Of a stretch of DNA of 64,000 nucleotides, positions 40,016 through 53,668 are shown one piece after another. The stretch's first letter is position 1, and each line of letters opens with the position of its first letter. The position numbers and the translations under genes were made by a program. The DNA lies in contig NC_043011.1 of the NCBI RefSeq assembly GCF_006345805.1, forward strand, positions 13,528,464 through 13,592,463, given 5' to 3'. The notes below the pieces were generated by a model. That model saw only the letters and a program-made list of their open reading frames with translations, was not told the origin of the DNA and searched no databases. The DNA comes from Octopus sinensis. Taxonomy: Eukaryota.

Positions 40016-40836
40016 TGTATGTATGTATATATATATATATGCATATGTATATATAATAAAATAATATAGCTATAGTATATATATATATTATATATATATA
40101 AATTATTATATATATATATATATGCGTGGATGTGTCTGTGCGTGTGTGCGTGTGTGCGTTTGTGTAGATAGTGGATGTGCGCATGTGTGTGTGTGTGTGT
40201 GTGTCTGTGTGTGTGTGTGAGGCATACTCGGTTCTTTAGAATGAGTAGTTTCAACTTGGTTTCTCGACTGTTCAAAGTTTTTTTTTTAGATGTGAAGGAA
40301 TTTCTGCTGTAACAGACAAATGAAACAACATCGGCCAACTTTAAACGACATAAAAAATGCCTATTCTATGGAGGTGGCGAACAAGAATACGAGAAATATT
40401 GCTCTTTTGATCTTTGAAATAATGATGAGAGAACACGCGTTTTTGACATTTGGATTTACAAGGTATGTATTAAAGATAAAATTTTGTTGTTGCTGTTGCT
40501 GTTGCTGATTAATGTGGGTCCTTTACGTTGTGTTGTAATATTCTGTGGCGATACTGATGTAGAAGTTCTTTAAATTATGTAGAAACTGGGTACTTTTTTC
40601 TGAGACAATAGAATCACTTCCACTGCATTACCTCCACCACCGTCTGTATGTTTTGTGTGTGTGTGTGTATGTATGCGTGTATGTGTACGTGTGTGTGTGT
40701 GTGTATGCGCACCTGTGTACTGAGAACTCAGGTACAGAGAATAAAAAACATACACCTTTACAGAAAAGAAAAAATAAAACCACACAAATGGAGAATATAT
40801 ATGAGTGTGTGTGTGTGTGTGCATGTATATTTATCC

Positions 40837-40898
<62 letters not shown>

Positions 40899-41046
40899 AT
40901 TCACACACATATACATACATATACGCATGCATACATATATACACACACATACAATCACATACAAGTATATTCGTTTCCGGCGCATGTGCTGTATGCATAT
41001 ATATATGTGTGTGTGCAAGGATGTATGTATGCACGTATGCGCGTGC

Positions 41047-41090
<44 letters not shown>

Positions 41091-41092
<2 letters not shown>

Positions 41093-41310
41093 TTCTTTAT
41101 TGCCCTCAGGGGTCTAAACATAGAGGGGACAAACGAAGGGATTAAGTCAATTAATCGACTCCAGTGAGTAACTGGTACTTAATTTATCGACCCAGAAAAG
41201 ATGAAAGGCAAAGTCGACCTCGGCGGAATTTGAACTCAGAACATAAAGACGGGTGAAATACCGCTAAGCATTTCGCCCGGTATGCTAACGTTTCTGCCAG
41301 CTCGCCGCCT
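41091..41310 (-). mobile_element. SINE family A
   Basis: Full reverse-complement consensus. Confidence 0.88.
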
Positions 41311-41349
41311 TTACATCTATATCTATCTATCTATCTATCTATCTATCTA

Positions 41350-41438
<89 letters not shown>

Positions 41439-41756
41439 ATATATAATATATATATAATGTATGGATATATATGCATATGTATATATAATAAAATAATATA
41501 GCTATAGTAGTATATATATATATATATATATTATATAATATATATATATTATATATATAATATTATAATCTTACTTGTTTTAGTTATTAGACTGCACCGC
41601 CTCGATAATCTTTAGCCGAATGAATCGACTCCAGTACTTTTTTTAAAACCCTGGTACTTATTCAATCGTTCTCTTTTGCTGAACCGCTAAGTTACGGTTG
41701 CAACTTAATACCGGTTGTCAAGCGATGGTGGGCAACAAACACAAACACAGACACAG

Positions 41757-42240
41757 TCAACTGATACCGTTTCTATTGAAATAGTCAACAGATACCAGCT
41801 GATCTAGTCAATACCAACCAGCTGTAGCTCCAACTTGTTTCCCTCAAGTCAACTGACACAAGCTGTATCGATCTTGCTAATAGCTACCAGATGTACTGAT
41901 CTAGTCAACAGATATCAGCTGTATTGATCCTATCAATAGCTACCAGATGTAGCAATGTAGCCAATAACTACCATCTGTTTTGATCTGGTCAATGCCTCCA
42001 ACCAGTATCTCTCGAGTCAACAGATCTAGTCAATTACTACCAACTGTATCGATATACTCAATAGCTGTTAGCTGTATCGATCAAGTCAATAACTGTCAGG
42101 TGTATCTGTCAAATCAATAAGTACCAGATGCATCGATCTACACCAATGCTCATACTGTATCATACATGTGTTCATTTAGTCAATAACTTGAAACTGTATC
42201 TGATAAACAACAGCTATAAACTGTATATGCTTTAACAGAT
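41757..42240. repeat. Degenerate ~28-bp minisatellite
   Basis: Recurring gatctagtcaatagctaccagctgtat-like units. Confidence 0.75.
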
Positions 42241-42446
42241 TTACAGCTACATTCATTGGATTGTGACCATGCCACCTGTTCGTATTCAAGGCTTTTAGTT
42301 GACTCAATACTGTGTCAGGAGCATAATTTTATTGAAGGTGAAGTAGATTTGAGCATAAATACATGCAGAGATGTAACTATAATATAAAAGGTCGCAACCA
42401 AAGACTACAAGCTATCTTAATCGACGCTCCGATGCTGCCATCACCC

Positions 42447-42527
<81 letters not shown>

Positions 42528-42765
42528 CCCCATAACAATGGTATTGGTGTGTTTATGTCTCCGTAACTTAGCGGTTCGGCAAAAGTGACCGATAGAATAA
42601 GTACCATGTTTGTAAAAAAAAATAATAATAAGTACTGGGGTCGATTCGTTTAACTAAAAATTCTTCAAGGCGTTGCCCCAGCATGGCTACGGTTTAATGA
42701 CTGAAACAAGTAAAAGATTTAGATGAAATGGGTTTTTTGTTGATCTTACTTTAATGGATAAGTAA

Positions 42766-42796
<31 letters not shown>

Positions 42797-43057
42797 ATTT
42801 GTATCCCTCACCGTTTGACAACCCGTGTTGGTTTGTTTACATCCCTGTAATCTCGCGGTTTGGCCAAAGAAAACGATTGACTAAGTACCAGACTAAAACA
42901 AAATGCATTGAGATCAATTTTTTCGACTAAATCTGTCAAAGCGGTGCTCCAGTATGGCTGCAATCCAACGATTGAACTAAGAATAAAAAGACACACACAC
43001 ATACATTCATACTTAAATACTTAAATTCTAAATATATAATATATCTATATTATATAT

Positions 43058-43089
<32 letters not shown>

Positions 43090-43442
43090 GGCGCAGGAGT
43101 GGCTGTGTGGTAAGTAGCTTCCTTACCACCACATGGTTCCGGTTCAGTCCCACTGCGTGCACCTTGGCAAGTGCCTTCTACTATAGCCTCGGGCCGACCA
43201 AAGCCTTGTGAGTGGATTTGGTAGACGTATATATATATGTGTACGTGTATATGTTTGTGTGTCTGCGTTTGCCCCCTCCCCAACATCGTCTTGACAACCG
43301 ATGCTAGTGTGTTTACGTCTCCGTAACAAAAGAGACCGATAGAATAAGTACTAGGCTTACAAAGAATAAGTCCTGGGGTCGATTTGTTCGACTAAAAGGT
43401 GGTGCTCCATCATGGCCAAGTGAAAAGAGTAAAAAAAAAAGA

Positions 43443-43443
<1 letters not shown>
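43090..43443 (+). mobile_element. SINE family B with internal deletions
   Basis: Head GGCGCAGGAGTGGCTGTGTGG and family-B tail. Confidence 0.85.
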
Positions 43444-43488
<45 letters not shown>

Positions 43489-43489
43489 A

Positions 43490-43647
43490 GACAGAACAGA
43501 AAGGATATCGCGGTACCGTGGTTTCAAGCTTTATCAACGGCCTGTTCTTACATCAGTGTATAATAGATATAAAGATGATTTAATGATGTAAGAACGGTCG
43601 TTGATAAAGCTTGAAACACGTGTACCGCGATATCCTTTGTGTCTGTT
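43490..43647. repeat. Inverted duplication (~65-bp arms)
   Basis: aaaggatatcgcggtac..aagctttatcaacg..ttcttacatca is mirrored at 43584-43647. Confidence 0.9.
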
Positions 43648-43753
43648 TTTGATTTTATTTTATATATACCCTCTCACCTCTGCCACTAGCTGGCGTATAC
43701 AGGTGCTTACACTTATCAAGTATTCACCCTAAATTACAGCACCTATAATATAT

Positions 43754-43793
<40 letters not shown>

Positions 43794-44856
43794 TTTACCT
43801 GTTTCAGTCATTGGACTGCGGACTTGTTGGAGCACTGCCTCGAATGGTTTTAATCGAATGAAACGAAACGATGATAGTATGTACTTTATTTTTAAAGCCT
43901 GGTACTTATTCTATCGGTTTTTTTTAGAAACTGCTATTAACGGGGACATAAACAAACCAACACTAGTTGTCAAACAGTGGTGGACAGACACCTCCACACA
44001 CACACCTCCACACACACACACACATACATACACACACGCACACATACACACACACATACACACACACACACACATACATGCCATACTTATATACGATAGA
44101 CTTCTTTCAGTTTCCATCTGCACACACAGAGACACACACACACACATATCGTTATACATACACACATATAAAGCACAGTTTCCTTTAATCAAATTTCCGT
44201 CACAAGAATTTGGTAAATCCCAGTCTATCATATAAGATCCCACCCTCACCCGCCCCATGTAGCATCGAACACGGAACCTTGTAAGTTGCAAAGCTAACTT
44301 CCAACTCGGCTATATTTTCATCATGGGATTATCTTGATACATTTATCACCCAATTTCACCTGAACATTGTTAGAAAAGATCCAACAGATGATAGCGTATC
44401 AAATATTTTATGAACACTTTCCACCCATCTCTACTATTGTTGCTCAATGCAAGACAGGCTGTACTGGCCGTTGATGTCGTGCTGAACACCAGGCCATATC
44501 AAATATTATCTTTCGGAGTTTTCTATAGCTTATCAACAACATTAATGCTGATACCCGACAAATTACATGAAATTAATGGGAGACTGAGAATTCTGGTGTG
44601 ACGTGGTGGAACGTATCATACTTGCGACTGTTTGAAGAAAAAGAATATCCACAATGGCCAACTCATTAGCTGTGATCTCACAATTGATAGTTGGATGTCA
44701 GCAAAACGGACTTCCAGTTATTCTAGCTCAAAATCTTCCTCCCAACTTTCCTAAATTCATCTGCTTCTTCTATCACTCTCAGAACATTTCCGACCACCAA
44801 CTTTTCAACCATGTTTTTTTCCTGCAGCTAAGATATATATATATATAGTTAATCCA

Positions 44857-45049
44857 AACAAGAAAGCACAAAAAAACACAACAACGCGAGGACGTGGAAC
44901 AAATATAGTATTATTGGACGCTCAGGAAGGAAGGAAAGAAGGAGGGTTTAACGTTTCGAGCGGAGCTCTTCGTCGGAAACATAGGAGAAAGAAAGATCCA
45001 GAGAAGGGAAGACAGAAGAAAAAAATCGCCAACGGTACACACGCGGTCA
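44857..45049 (-). mobile_element. Solo pLTR-like repeat homologous to 33861-34030, with a hammerhead-like motif
   Basis: Shares caacgcg.ggacgtgg..gacgctca.gaagg..aatcgccaacg. Motif CCGACGAA-GAGC-TCC-GCTC-GAAACGTT at about 44950-44976. Confidence 0.7.
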
Positions 45050-45065
45050 CACACACACACATACA

Positions 45066-45107
<42 letters not shown>

Positions 45108-45828
45108 CACTTCACTAGATCTAAAGTTATCATGCTCAGTCACTTCACACCTCTTATCAGCTCTCGCACCCATATGGCGGTAATGTAGCCAATACAGATA
45201 CTGAATTTTTTGCAATCAGCAACAATTCGTTTCATACCGGACACACATCCTTGACAATCACGCATACACTTTAAACACCGTTGATCGATTTCTCATCTCC
45301 AAATCCAGCCTCTACCAAACCATCATGTCTTTGCATCTCTCAGCTCATCCGACCACTACCTTATCTCAACTACTCACCACGCATCCACATATTGCGCAAA
45401 ACCCCTCTCCTTCCGGATCCACTGATCCATCAGAAACAGTTAAGCAAGTGGCCGAAGCCATCTTCTTGCTTATGTCTCACAACACTTGAAGAAAACCACT
45501 CACCACTGCAAACTGGGAGTTCTCTTGTTCAGCACTTCCTGCAAAAAATTATCTCAACACGAAGAATACCGATTCTTTCATCCTTTGCCTTAAAAATTTC
45601 TCCAAACTTCATGGTAATTTCCTTCCCTCCACTTCTCTAATTTAGAGGAGAATCTGTTTACACTTGCTGTCTAGGTCCCATTTAGCTCGACACTTCACAT
45701 AAAGAGTAAATTTCTACCCAAATTATCCATTTTCCCTCCACCGAGCTTACCATTATATGCACATACACCAAATACGAAAGCACTTTCGCTCTCTTCAAAC
45801 TAACAAGGGCAAGGGTATTAAGAAGTCT

Positions 45829-46060
45829 GCGAGCTGGCAGAAACGTTAGCACGCCGGGCGAAATGCTTTGCAGTATTTCGTCTGCCGCTACGTTCTGAGT
45901 TCAAATTCCGCCGTGGTCGACTTTGCCTTTCATCCTTTCGGGGTCGATTAGATAAGTACCAGTTACGCACTGGGGTCGATATAATCGACTTAATCCGTTT
46001 GTCTGTCCTTGTTTGTCCCTTCTGTGTTTAGCCCCTTGTGGGTAGTAAAGAAATAGGTAT
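45829..46060 (+). mobile_element. SINE family A
   Basis: Full consensus. Confidence 0.88.
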
Positions 46061-46845
46061 TGAGATTGTACACTCTATTACCCTCAAACAATGCAACCCT
46101 GAGCTAACCTCTATACTTACCGAGTTTTTAAAATTCTTTAATTTTCCGTCTGCCTCTTCCCCCTCCTCTCTCTCCTTCCTCTCTCTCTCTCCTCTCTCTC
46201 TCTCTCTTCTCTCTCGCTTTCTGTGTATATACCTGGATCATCAAAACTCTCTGTAGTGAGTCCCATTCTCAAGCGGAGCAACTCCTATCCCGCCAATTAT
46301 TCACTTACAACTCGCACTTCCAACATCTGAGCACGGCTCAACTAAAGCCAGATTTACTGATACCTATTTTCCTGTGTCATTCACCAGTGATCCCTGCTCC
46401 TGAGGAATTTTATGAAAATAGCGTTGTTGAACTCAGTAAGGTATTCGACGATGTCTGCATGTGAATCTCCCAACTAAAATATTGCCCATTGGCTTTCATA
46501 TCTCTCCCGCGTCTTGGATGGGAGGCTGTAGTATGATCACCCATCACGACGTATAGTAACTGATCTCTCTCTGATCCACACTGTATCAATTTTGCCTCCT
46601 GCCATACTTTTCCTCTTATACATCAACACTCTACATACCATCACCTCCAACAACTACTTCTACCGTTCATACCTCCTTAGCCTTCCCCTCACAATCGTCC
46701 TCCACATGCTACTTAGGTATCCTACATCATATCTGCGCTGACTCTATGAATAGAAACCGCGGAAGCATTCTCCCGTAGAGTCATGCCATTCTTCTCTCCG
46801 TCAAAACTACAAAAACAAATTCACTACACATGTCATGAAACAATA

Positions 46846-47261
46846 TACCAATTTCTTTACTACCCACAAGGAGCTAAACACAGAGGGGACAAACAAGGAC
46901 AGACAAACGGATTAAGTCGAGTACATCGACCCCAGTGCGTAACTGGTACTTTATTTATCGACCCCGAAAGGATGAAAGGCAAAGTCGACCTCGGCGGAAT
47001 TTGAACTCACAACGTAGCGGCAGACGAAATACCTGTTTCTTTACTACCCACAAGGGGCTAAACACAGAGAGGACAAACAAGTACAGACACACGGATTAAG
47101 TCGATTATATCGACCCCAGTGCGTAACTGGTACTTAAATTATCGACCCCGAAAGGATGAAAGGCAAAGTCGACCTCGGCGGAATTTGAACTCAGAACGTA
47201 ACGGCAGACGAAATACGGCTACGCATTTCGCCCGGCGTGCTAATGTTTCTGCCAGCTCGCA
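46846..47261 (-). mobile_element. SINE family A, partially duplicated in tandem
   Basis: A full copy at 47030-47261 plus a second 3' portion at 46846-47029. Confidence 0.85.
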
Positions 47262-47742
47262 GTATACCGTATCCCAGAACACGAACAACACGAAACGAAA
47301 ATGTTCAGGGTCGCTACAAAAGCTAAACCTCATCATCAGCGAGGATCTCTTTTAAGGACCTGACATTCTCAACATATCTAAGGCAGTTTCACAAACAGTA
47401 ACCTCAAGGCCCAGTTAATATTTCAGTCCTTAATAACAACTAACTCCTTTCAAAGTTCAATGGTTTGCTCTCTTCACATCATGGACGGTGCTGCTACTCA
47501 ACCTAAAGACATGCAAGACATCTGCTGACCTGTCTCCATTTTGTCTTTCTACTCTAAGTACAAAATCCTCTTCTCTCCGGAACTGGATGGTCTCGTGCAA
47601 CCTTGTACCGGTCTCCCCTTGCTAGTTATATTTTGTCTAACCTCACTACAAGACCCCACAATAACGATTTCACCATCCTTTCTTCATTTACACATCAATT
47701 TTAGCAATCAATCTAGAAGAAAATCTCCAAAATTAATACCCT

Positions 47743-48357
47743 ATGGCGGCACATGGCCTAGTGGTTAGAGCAGAGGATTCGCGGTCGAGGGATCGTGGAT
47801 TCGAATGACAGGCCGGACGATGTGTGTGTTTATGAGCGAAACACGTAAGCTCTACACGGCTCCGGCAGAAGGTAATGGCGAACTTCTGCTGACTCTTTCG
47901 CCGCAACTTTCTCTCACTCTTTCCTCCTGCATCCAGCAGCTTACCTGCGACGGACCGGCGTCCCGTCCATGTGGGGAACCTATACGCCAAGGAAACCGGG
48001 AAACCGACCCTTATGAGCCAGGCGTGGCTCGAGAAGGAACAAAAAAAATTAATACCCTGTGGAGGCACATGGCCTAGTGGTTAGAGCAGCGGATTCGCGG
48101 TCGAGGGATCGTGGGTTCGAATGTCAGGCCGGACGATGTGTGTCTTTATGAGCGGAACACCTAAGCTCTACACGGCTCCGGCAGAAGGCAATGGCGAAAC
48201 TTCTGCTGACTCTTTCGCCACAACTACCTCCTACTCTTTCCTCCTGCATCTTGCAGCTCACCTGCGATGGACCGGTGTCTCGTCCAGGTGGGGAACCTAT
48301 ACGCCAAGGAAACCGGGAAACCGACCCTTATGAGCCAGGCGTGGCTCGAGAAGGAAC
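47743..48357 (+). mobile_element. Two head-to-tail SINE family C copies (47743-48040, 48059-48357)
   Basis: Both are full length. AAAATTAATACCCT occurs before, between and after them. Confidence 0.92.
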
Positions 48358-48606
48358 AAAAAAAATTAATACCCTCCTCCAACATACCCTGCGGGAGAGT
48401 ATGGGTGATGGAATTAACATGAGGTATGTCCGATAACATTGATTCACACCATGAAAGCAATTATCCCATGTTTGTGCGTATTCTGCCGTTGACGGGAAAC
48501 GGGATAATGAATACAATACTGTGATCGTGGCTAGCGATTCTCTCTCGTCACTGCTTCAGCATGTTTATACCTCTCTGAGGATGTTTAGTAAAACCTAAAC
48601 ATCTTC

Positions 48607-49033
48607 GGATCTTTTCGGTTTGAACGGCAGGTTTTTAAAATAATTTCCACGTAACTAAACACTTTTAAACTTCGTATACTGGTAGATTGTATTTATAAAA
48701 CATCTTTTTCTCTTGGCTTTATTGAGAAAAGTCTATAGTTTGTAAGATATTTGTCGTTTTTTTTCTTCAATTTATGCAATTTCAACCAATCAATGACGTC
48801 TATTGTGTTAAAAAGCATTCTGTGCCGTATGTATATGTCCCTCGTTTAAGAAACAGATTGGGTTTATTTACATTTGTGAAGAAAAAAAGATACCCTTCCC
48901 CCACCTCTAACACTAACTAACCCTAACCCTAAAACAGATTGAAATGCAATAGATCGATTCTAGGGTCATAATTATGGGTGACAATTTCATATGACACCGC
49001 TAGAAAAAACTGCCGTTCAAACCGAAAAGACTC
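48607..49033. mobile_element. MITE (Merlin-like), copy 5
   Basis: TIRs with 8-bp TSD ACATCTTC. Confidence 0.92.
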
Positions 49034-49772
49034 ACATCTTCTGTTGTCTCCATTACTCACCGAAATGATTTAATTAATTAAGCAAATGTTTCTTTCACCT
49101 AAACACATAATCATATCTCGTTAGATTAGTGACGTTTGCTCTATTAAATATATTCAGCCAAGTTAAATTAAGTTCTGCGTAACATTTTCTTTTGTTCGTG
49201 TTTATTCAGTTAATGATTTTGATAGCTGGAAATGTTAGAAGCTGGTCAAATATAAAATGCCTCTTAAAAATCACAAAATTATTAAAACAAATTCAAATAC
49301 TATCAGTCATTATACAAAATATCATCTTCAGTTATTTCACAGAAAATTTTCCTTGATAATTGGAATATTAGTTCATCTTTTAGCCTTTCTCTCACAAAGG
49401 TCACATCTGCCTGTATTCCAATATTTCGGTAGAATATGGTCCTCCTACCATGGCTCTAATTAATTTCCTTAGCCAATGGTTGAACTTGCTTTCCGACTAA
49501 CTGACAATTTAATAACAGCTTTCAATATCACAATCATGTTTTTCGGTTGGGTGTTGGTTCCCATTCATTGGCTGGTTTTTGTTTTTTTTTTGCACTGTTG
49601 TTCAGAAATAAAGAAATAAGATAGAAAAAAAAAGATCTGTGAAGTTTTAGTTACTGTTTTTGACAGCAGAGGACGTTTCATTTTAAATTTCTGCAGCGGA
49701 ACAGCCGAGCCTAACGGTAACAGTATTGTCATATTATTTTTTAAATCACTCGCGTGCGTCTATGTCAATATG

Positions 49773-49818
<46 letters not shown>

Positions 49819-49936
49819 ATATATATGTATGTATGCATGTATGTATGTATGTATGTATGTATGTATGTGTGTGTGTGCATTATATATATATGTATTTTAT
49901 GTAATATCATATTTATATAAAAGTATACACATATAT

Positions 49937-49997
<61 letters not shown>

Positions 49998-50375
49998 TAT
50001 ATATGTGTATGTATGTATGTATGTATGCATATGTTAGCCATTATTCGTCGCAATAGTTTTAGTTTTAGAATTGAAACAAAAATGTAATGTCATAACTTTT
50101 CTATTATCTTTCATTTAGATGACATATTTTCCACAACAGATTTTGGTGAATACTTGTGACTTTTGACATTATTAACATTTGTCTTTTAATATTTCCAACC
50201 CCACCCATATCAAACCATTACCACCACCACCACCACCGCTGTCCCCGCCACCGGCACTGCCATAATCATCATCATGATCATCATGATCATCATCATCACA
50301 AACAACACTTTTAGTCGTAAATTAGTCCCAAATCGAACACAATGTCATCAAAAGCTTTATTATTCATGACCTATC

Positions 50376-50435
<60 letters not shown>

Positions 50436-50869
50436 CACACAGGGCAAAGGTTTACAACGTGGTCTTCTTTGTGTAAGACAATAGACAGCTCTTTGAGTAA
50501 GATTTAGCTGCTAAAAATAGCAGCTAAAAGTAACCGAACTGAGTCACTCTGGTTAGCCCGTTAGACAATCTGTCAGATGCCGCAGAGTTCCTATATAAAT
50601 CTGGTGGCGTGTCTTGCAAATAGGTTTACATTGCATTAGAGATATGTAAATGTTATCAGAGAATGTACGGCTGAGCAACAATGAAGATATATTCGATTGG
50701 TCCTTCTTGGTGTTGTAATTGCTGTTGCTGCTTTGTTTCTTTGTTTGTTGAGCGAAGCGGTCTTCGTCCCATGTTTGTAGTGGGAGAAGTCCGAAACGTG
50801 GACTTGCAGAAGAGAAAGCAGGTCAACCCCCGACACCGAGAGCATCGACGGATGGATGAATACGCATCC

Positions 50870-51094
50870 AGGCACGGCGGTTGCGTAGGAAGTCGGGGAC
50901 AAGAAACAGGAAGGAAAGAGTGAGAGAAAGTTGGAACGAAAGAGTGCAACAGGGGTCGCCACCACACCCTGCCGGAGCCTCGTAGAGCTTTAGGTGTTTT
51001 CGCTCAATAAACATACACAACGCCCGTTCTGGGAATCGAAACCGCGATCCTCCGACCGCGAGTCCGCTGCCCTAACCACTGGGCCATTGCGCCT
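50870..51094 (-). mobile_element. SINE family C variant
   Basis: Head GGCGCAATGGCCCAGTGGTTAGGGCAGCGGACTCGCG. The tail probably extends to about 50700. Confidence 0.8.
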
Positions 51095-51190
51095 GCTGCT
51101 GCTTTTGTCTGATCGAGTGGACCCATGTTTAAAGGCACTACAGGCTTTTTAGCGATATCTAATGTGTCTTGACGGTATCTGAAGGTCGAT

Positions 51191-51457
51191 GGCGCGTGGC
51201 TTAGAGGTTTGGGTAATCGGCTCACGGTGTAAGGTCGTGAGTTCGACTTTATTTCATGTTGCCTCAGTCTACTCAATTGGCAAAAATGATAAGTCCTGTA
51301 TTTCAAAGGGCCGGCCTTATTCTGTGTCACGTTATGTATCTCCCTGAGAATTACGTTAAAAGTACGCATGTCCGTGGAGTGCTCAGCCACTTGCGTGTTA
51401 ATTTCACGAAATGATCAGATAAACTGGAACCCTCGCCATAGTAGCCGACGGAGTTAT
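51191..51457 (+). mobile_element. SINE family D, diverged
   Basis: Homologous to 34991-35318. Confidence 0.8.
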
Positions 51458-51742
51458 AGTGATTTGGCTGCTATATCTAGCAGGTTGGGTGACCACGCCA
51501 AGGCTTCTTCACTGAATCGAACCCTGTTCCTGAAAGAAAGTACAGTAGACGAGACCCACTACCTTAGTTCTGTGACTGCATGAAGACACATTGGTTATTG
51601 AAGGAGACATACTGTTGCCATTGGCAGACGAACAGCATGAAATGGAGGACTTACCATAGCAAAAGAGGTATCGGGATGTCTCCTTTAGCTTTCAGTGTAC
51701 GATGGCAGTTGATGGGATTGCTCAAGATGTACCTACATATTG

Positions 51743-52168
51743 GGATCTTTTCTGTTTGAATGGCAGTTTTTAACATAATTTCTAGGTAACTAAAACATTT
51801 TAAACTTCGTATACTGCTAGAATGTGTTTATAAAACATCTTTTTCTCTTGGCTTTATTGAGAAAAGTCTATAGTTTGTAAGATATTTGTTGTTTTTTTTT
51901 CTTCAATTTCTGCAATTTCAACCAAACAGTGACGTCCATTGAGGTAAAAAAACATTCTGTGCCGTATGAATATGTCCCTCGTTTAAGAAACAGATTGGGT
52001 TTATTTACATTTGTGAAGAAAAAAAAGATACCCTTCCCCTCACCCCTAACCCTAACCCTAACCCTAAAACAGATTGAAATGCAATAGATCGATACTAGGG
52101 TCATAATTATGGGTGACAATTTCATATGACACCGCTAGAAAAAACTGCCGTTCAAACCGAAAAGATCC
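51743..52168. mobile_element. MITE (Merlin-like), copy 6
   Basis: TIRs with 8-bp TSD ACATATTG. Confidence 0.92.
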
Positions 52169-52872
52169 ACATATTGTCACCGCCACCAATGTCTTATGGA
52201 TGGATTTCGGATGGAAAAAGAAAGGAAAAGCTTAAAGAGAATACTGGTGTACCATCGGGATTTGGTAATGTGTTTCAATTTGAAGAGTCACTTCTTATAA
52301 TACACTCTGTTTAATTGGGATCACATCTTAGTGTAGTTTAACCACCTTCCTCTAGATCAGGCTTCACACGGCAAGACTATGACCAACCTTGGCCACTCCG
52401 TTTATATTTTTTTAGGCATCGTATATCTATGACGTCTTTCTCTATCTTTTTTTTAAGACGGTAGAATGTGATTCGACGTAAAATTGACTGCTATGTCTAG
52501 CAGAAAGATATTTTCTCACTGGCTCCTCGAGCAAATTTGTTGCTGTTTAACCCTAGGTCGATCTTGATTCAGAGCTGATGATCAAAGATATTCTCGCTGC
52601 AACTACCTTGTCTAATATGCCCTTTGCTTTCTTTAAAGAGATATATTTGTTTGTAACAGGCCGGGTGACTGCATAAAGTCTATCTCAAACCGTTGTAGAA
52701 GTTAGAAGTATTAATGTAAAGGCAATTATTTCAAAACCTTCAGAAATTGTTGCAACATAACTATTATCCTCCCTTTTTCATAACTGTTCGCCTTCCTCAT
52801 ATCTTGGAGATAAGTTTCCGTCCCATTAAGAGTTAAGAGAGAGGGCGAGAAGGAAAGAGAAAGAGAGCGTGG

Positions 52873-52909
<37 letters not shown>

Positions 52910-53180
52910 CTCATTCAGTAAAAAGTTATTTGTGAAATATATCTTTCTTATCTCGTCGAATGACGAATATGAGCGTCCTGTAGATCACGATCGTGACGGT
53001 ATTGAAGAGGAAATCCTTGCTGAGAGAAACAGACGACTGCGTTTTTATTTTATTTATTTATTTATTTTGTATCTGCTGCGCAAGACGAATCAGAGAGGTG
53101 GCAGTAAGTCGCCTCGGAAATTTTTCAGTTTTATTCAAAAGTATTGTCATGGGAATTAGGTCCCAAATATTGTACAACTC

Positions 53181-53400
53181 TACTCTTTTACTCTTTTATT
53201 TGTTTCAGTCATTTGACTGCGGCCATGCTGGAGCACCGCCTTTTAGTCGAGCAAATCGACCCCAGGACTTATTCTTTGTAAGCCTAGTACTTATTCTATC
53301 GGTCTCTTTTGCCGAACCGCTAAGTTACGGGGACGTAAACACGCCACCGTCGGCTGTCAAGCGATGTTGGAGGGACAAACACAAACATATAAACACATAC

Positions 53401-53445
<45 letters not shown>

Positions 53446-53668
53446 GACAAACACAAACACATAAATACACACATACATGCACATATATACATATATACAT
53501 ATATACGACTGTCTTCTTTCAGTTTCCGTCTACTAAATCCACCCACAAGGCTTTCGCCAGCCCGACGCTATAGTAGAAGACACTTGCCCAAGGTGCTACG
53601 CGGTGGGAATGAACCCGGAACCATGTGGCTGGGGAGCAAGCTACTTACCACACAGCCACTCCTGCGCC
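53181..53668 (-). mobile_element. SINE family B, full length
   Basis: Family-B consensus. Confidence 0.88.

Larger units (their letters stand above)
45190..47730 (+). mobile_element. Highly decayed CR1/Jockey-type LINE ORF2 relic with SINE insertions
   Basis: Remnants SFALKISPNFMVISFPPL; KGKGI[SINE]IVHSITLKQCNPELTSILTEF..FPS; KRSNSYPANY; VVELSKVFDDV. Confidence 0.55.

Noticed and set aside
50684-50781. Signal-peptide-like RYIRLVLLGVVIAVAALFLCLLSEA and an upstream TATATAAA
   Set aside because: The ATG is out of frame, a stop follows immediately, and the sequence is the antisense (CAA/CAG)-rich tail of a SINE.
50785-50810. AAGTCC-GAAACGT-GGACTT hairpin as a hammerhead
   Set aside because: There is no CUGANGA core in the right position on either strand.
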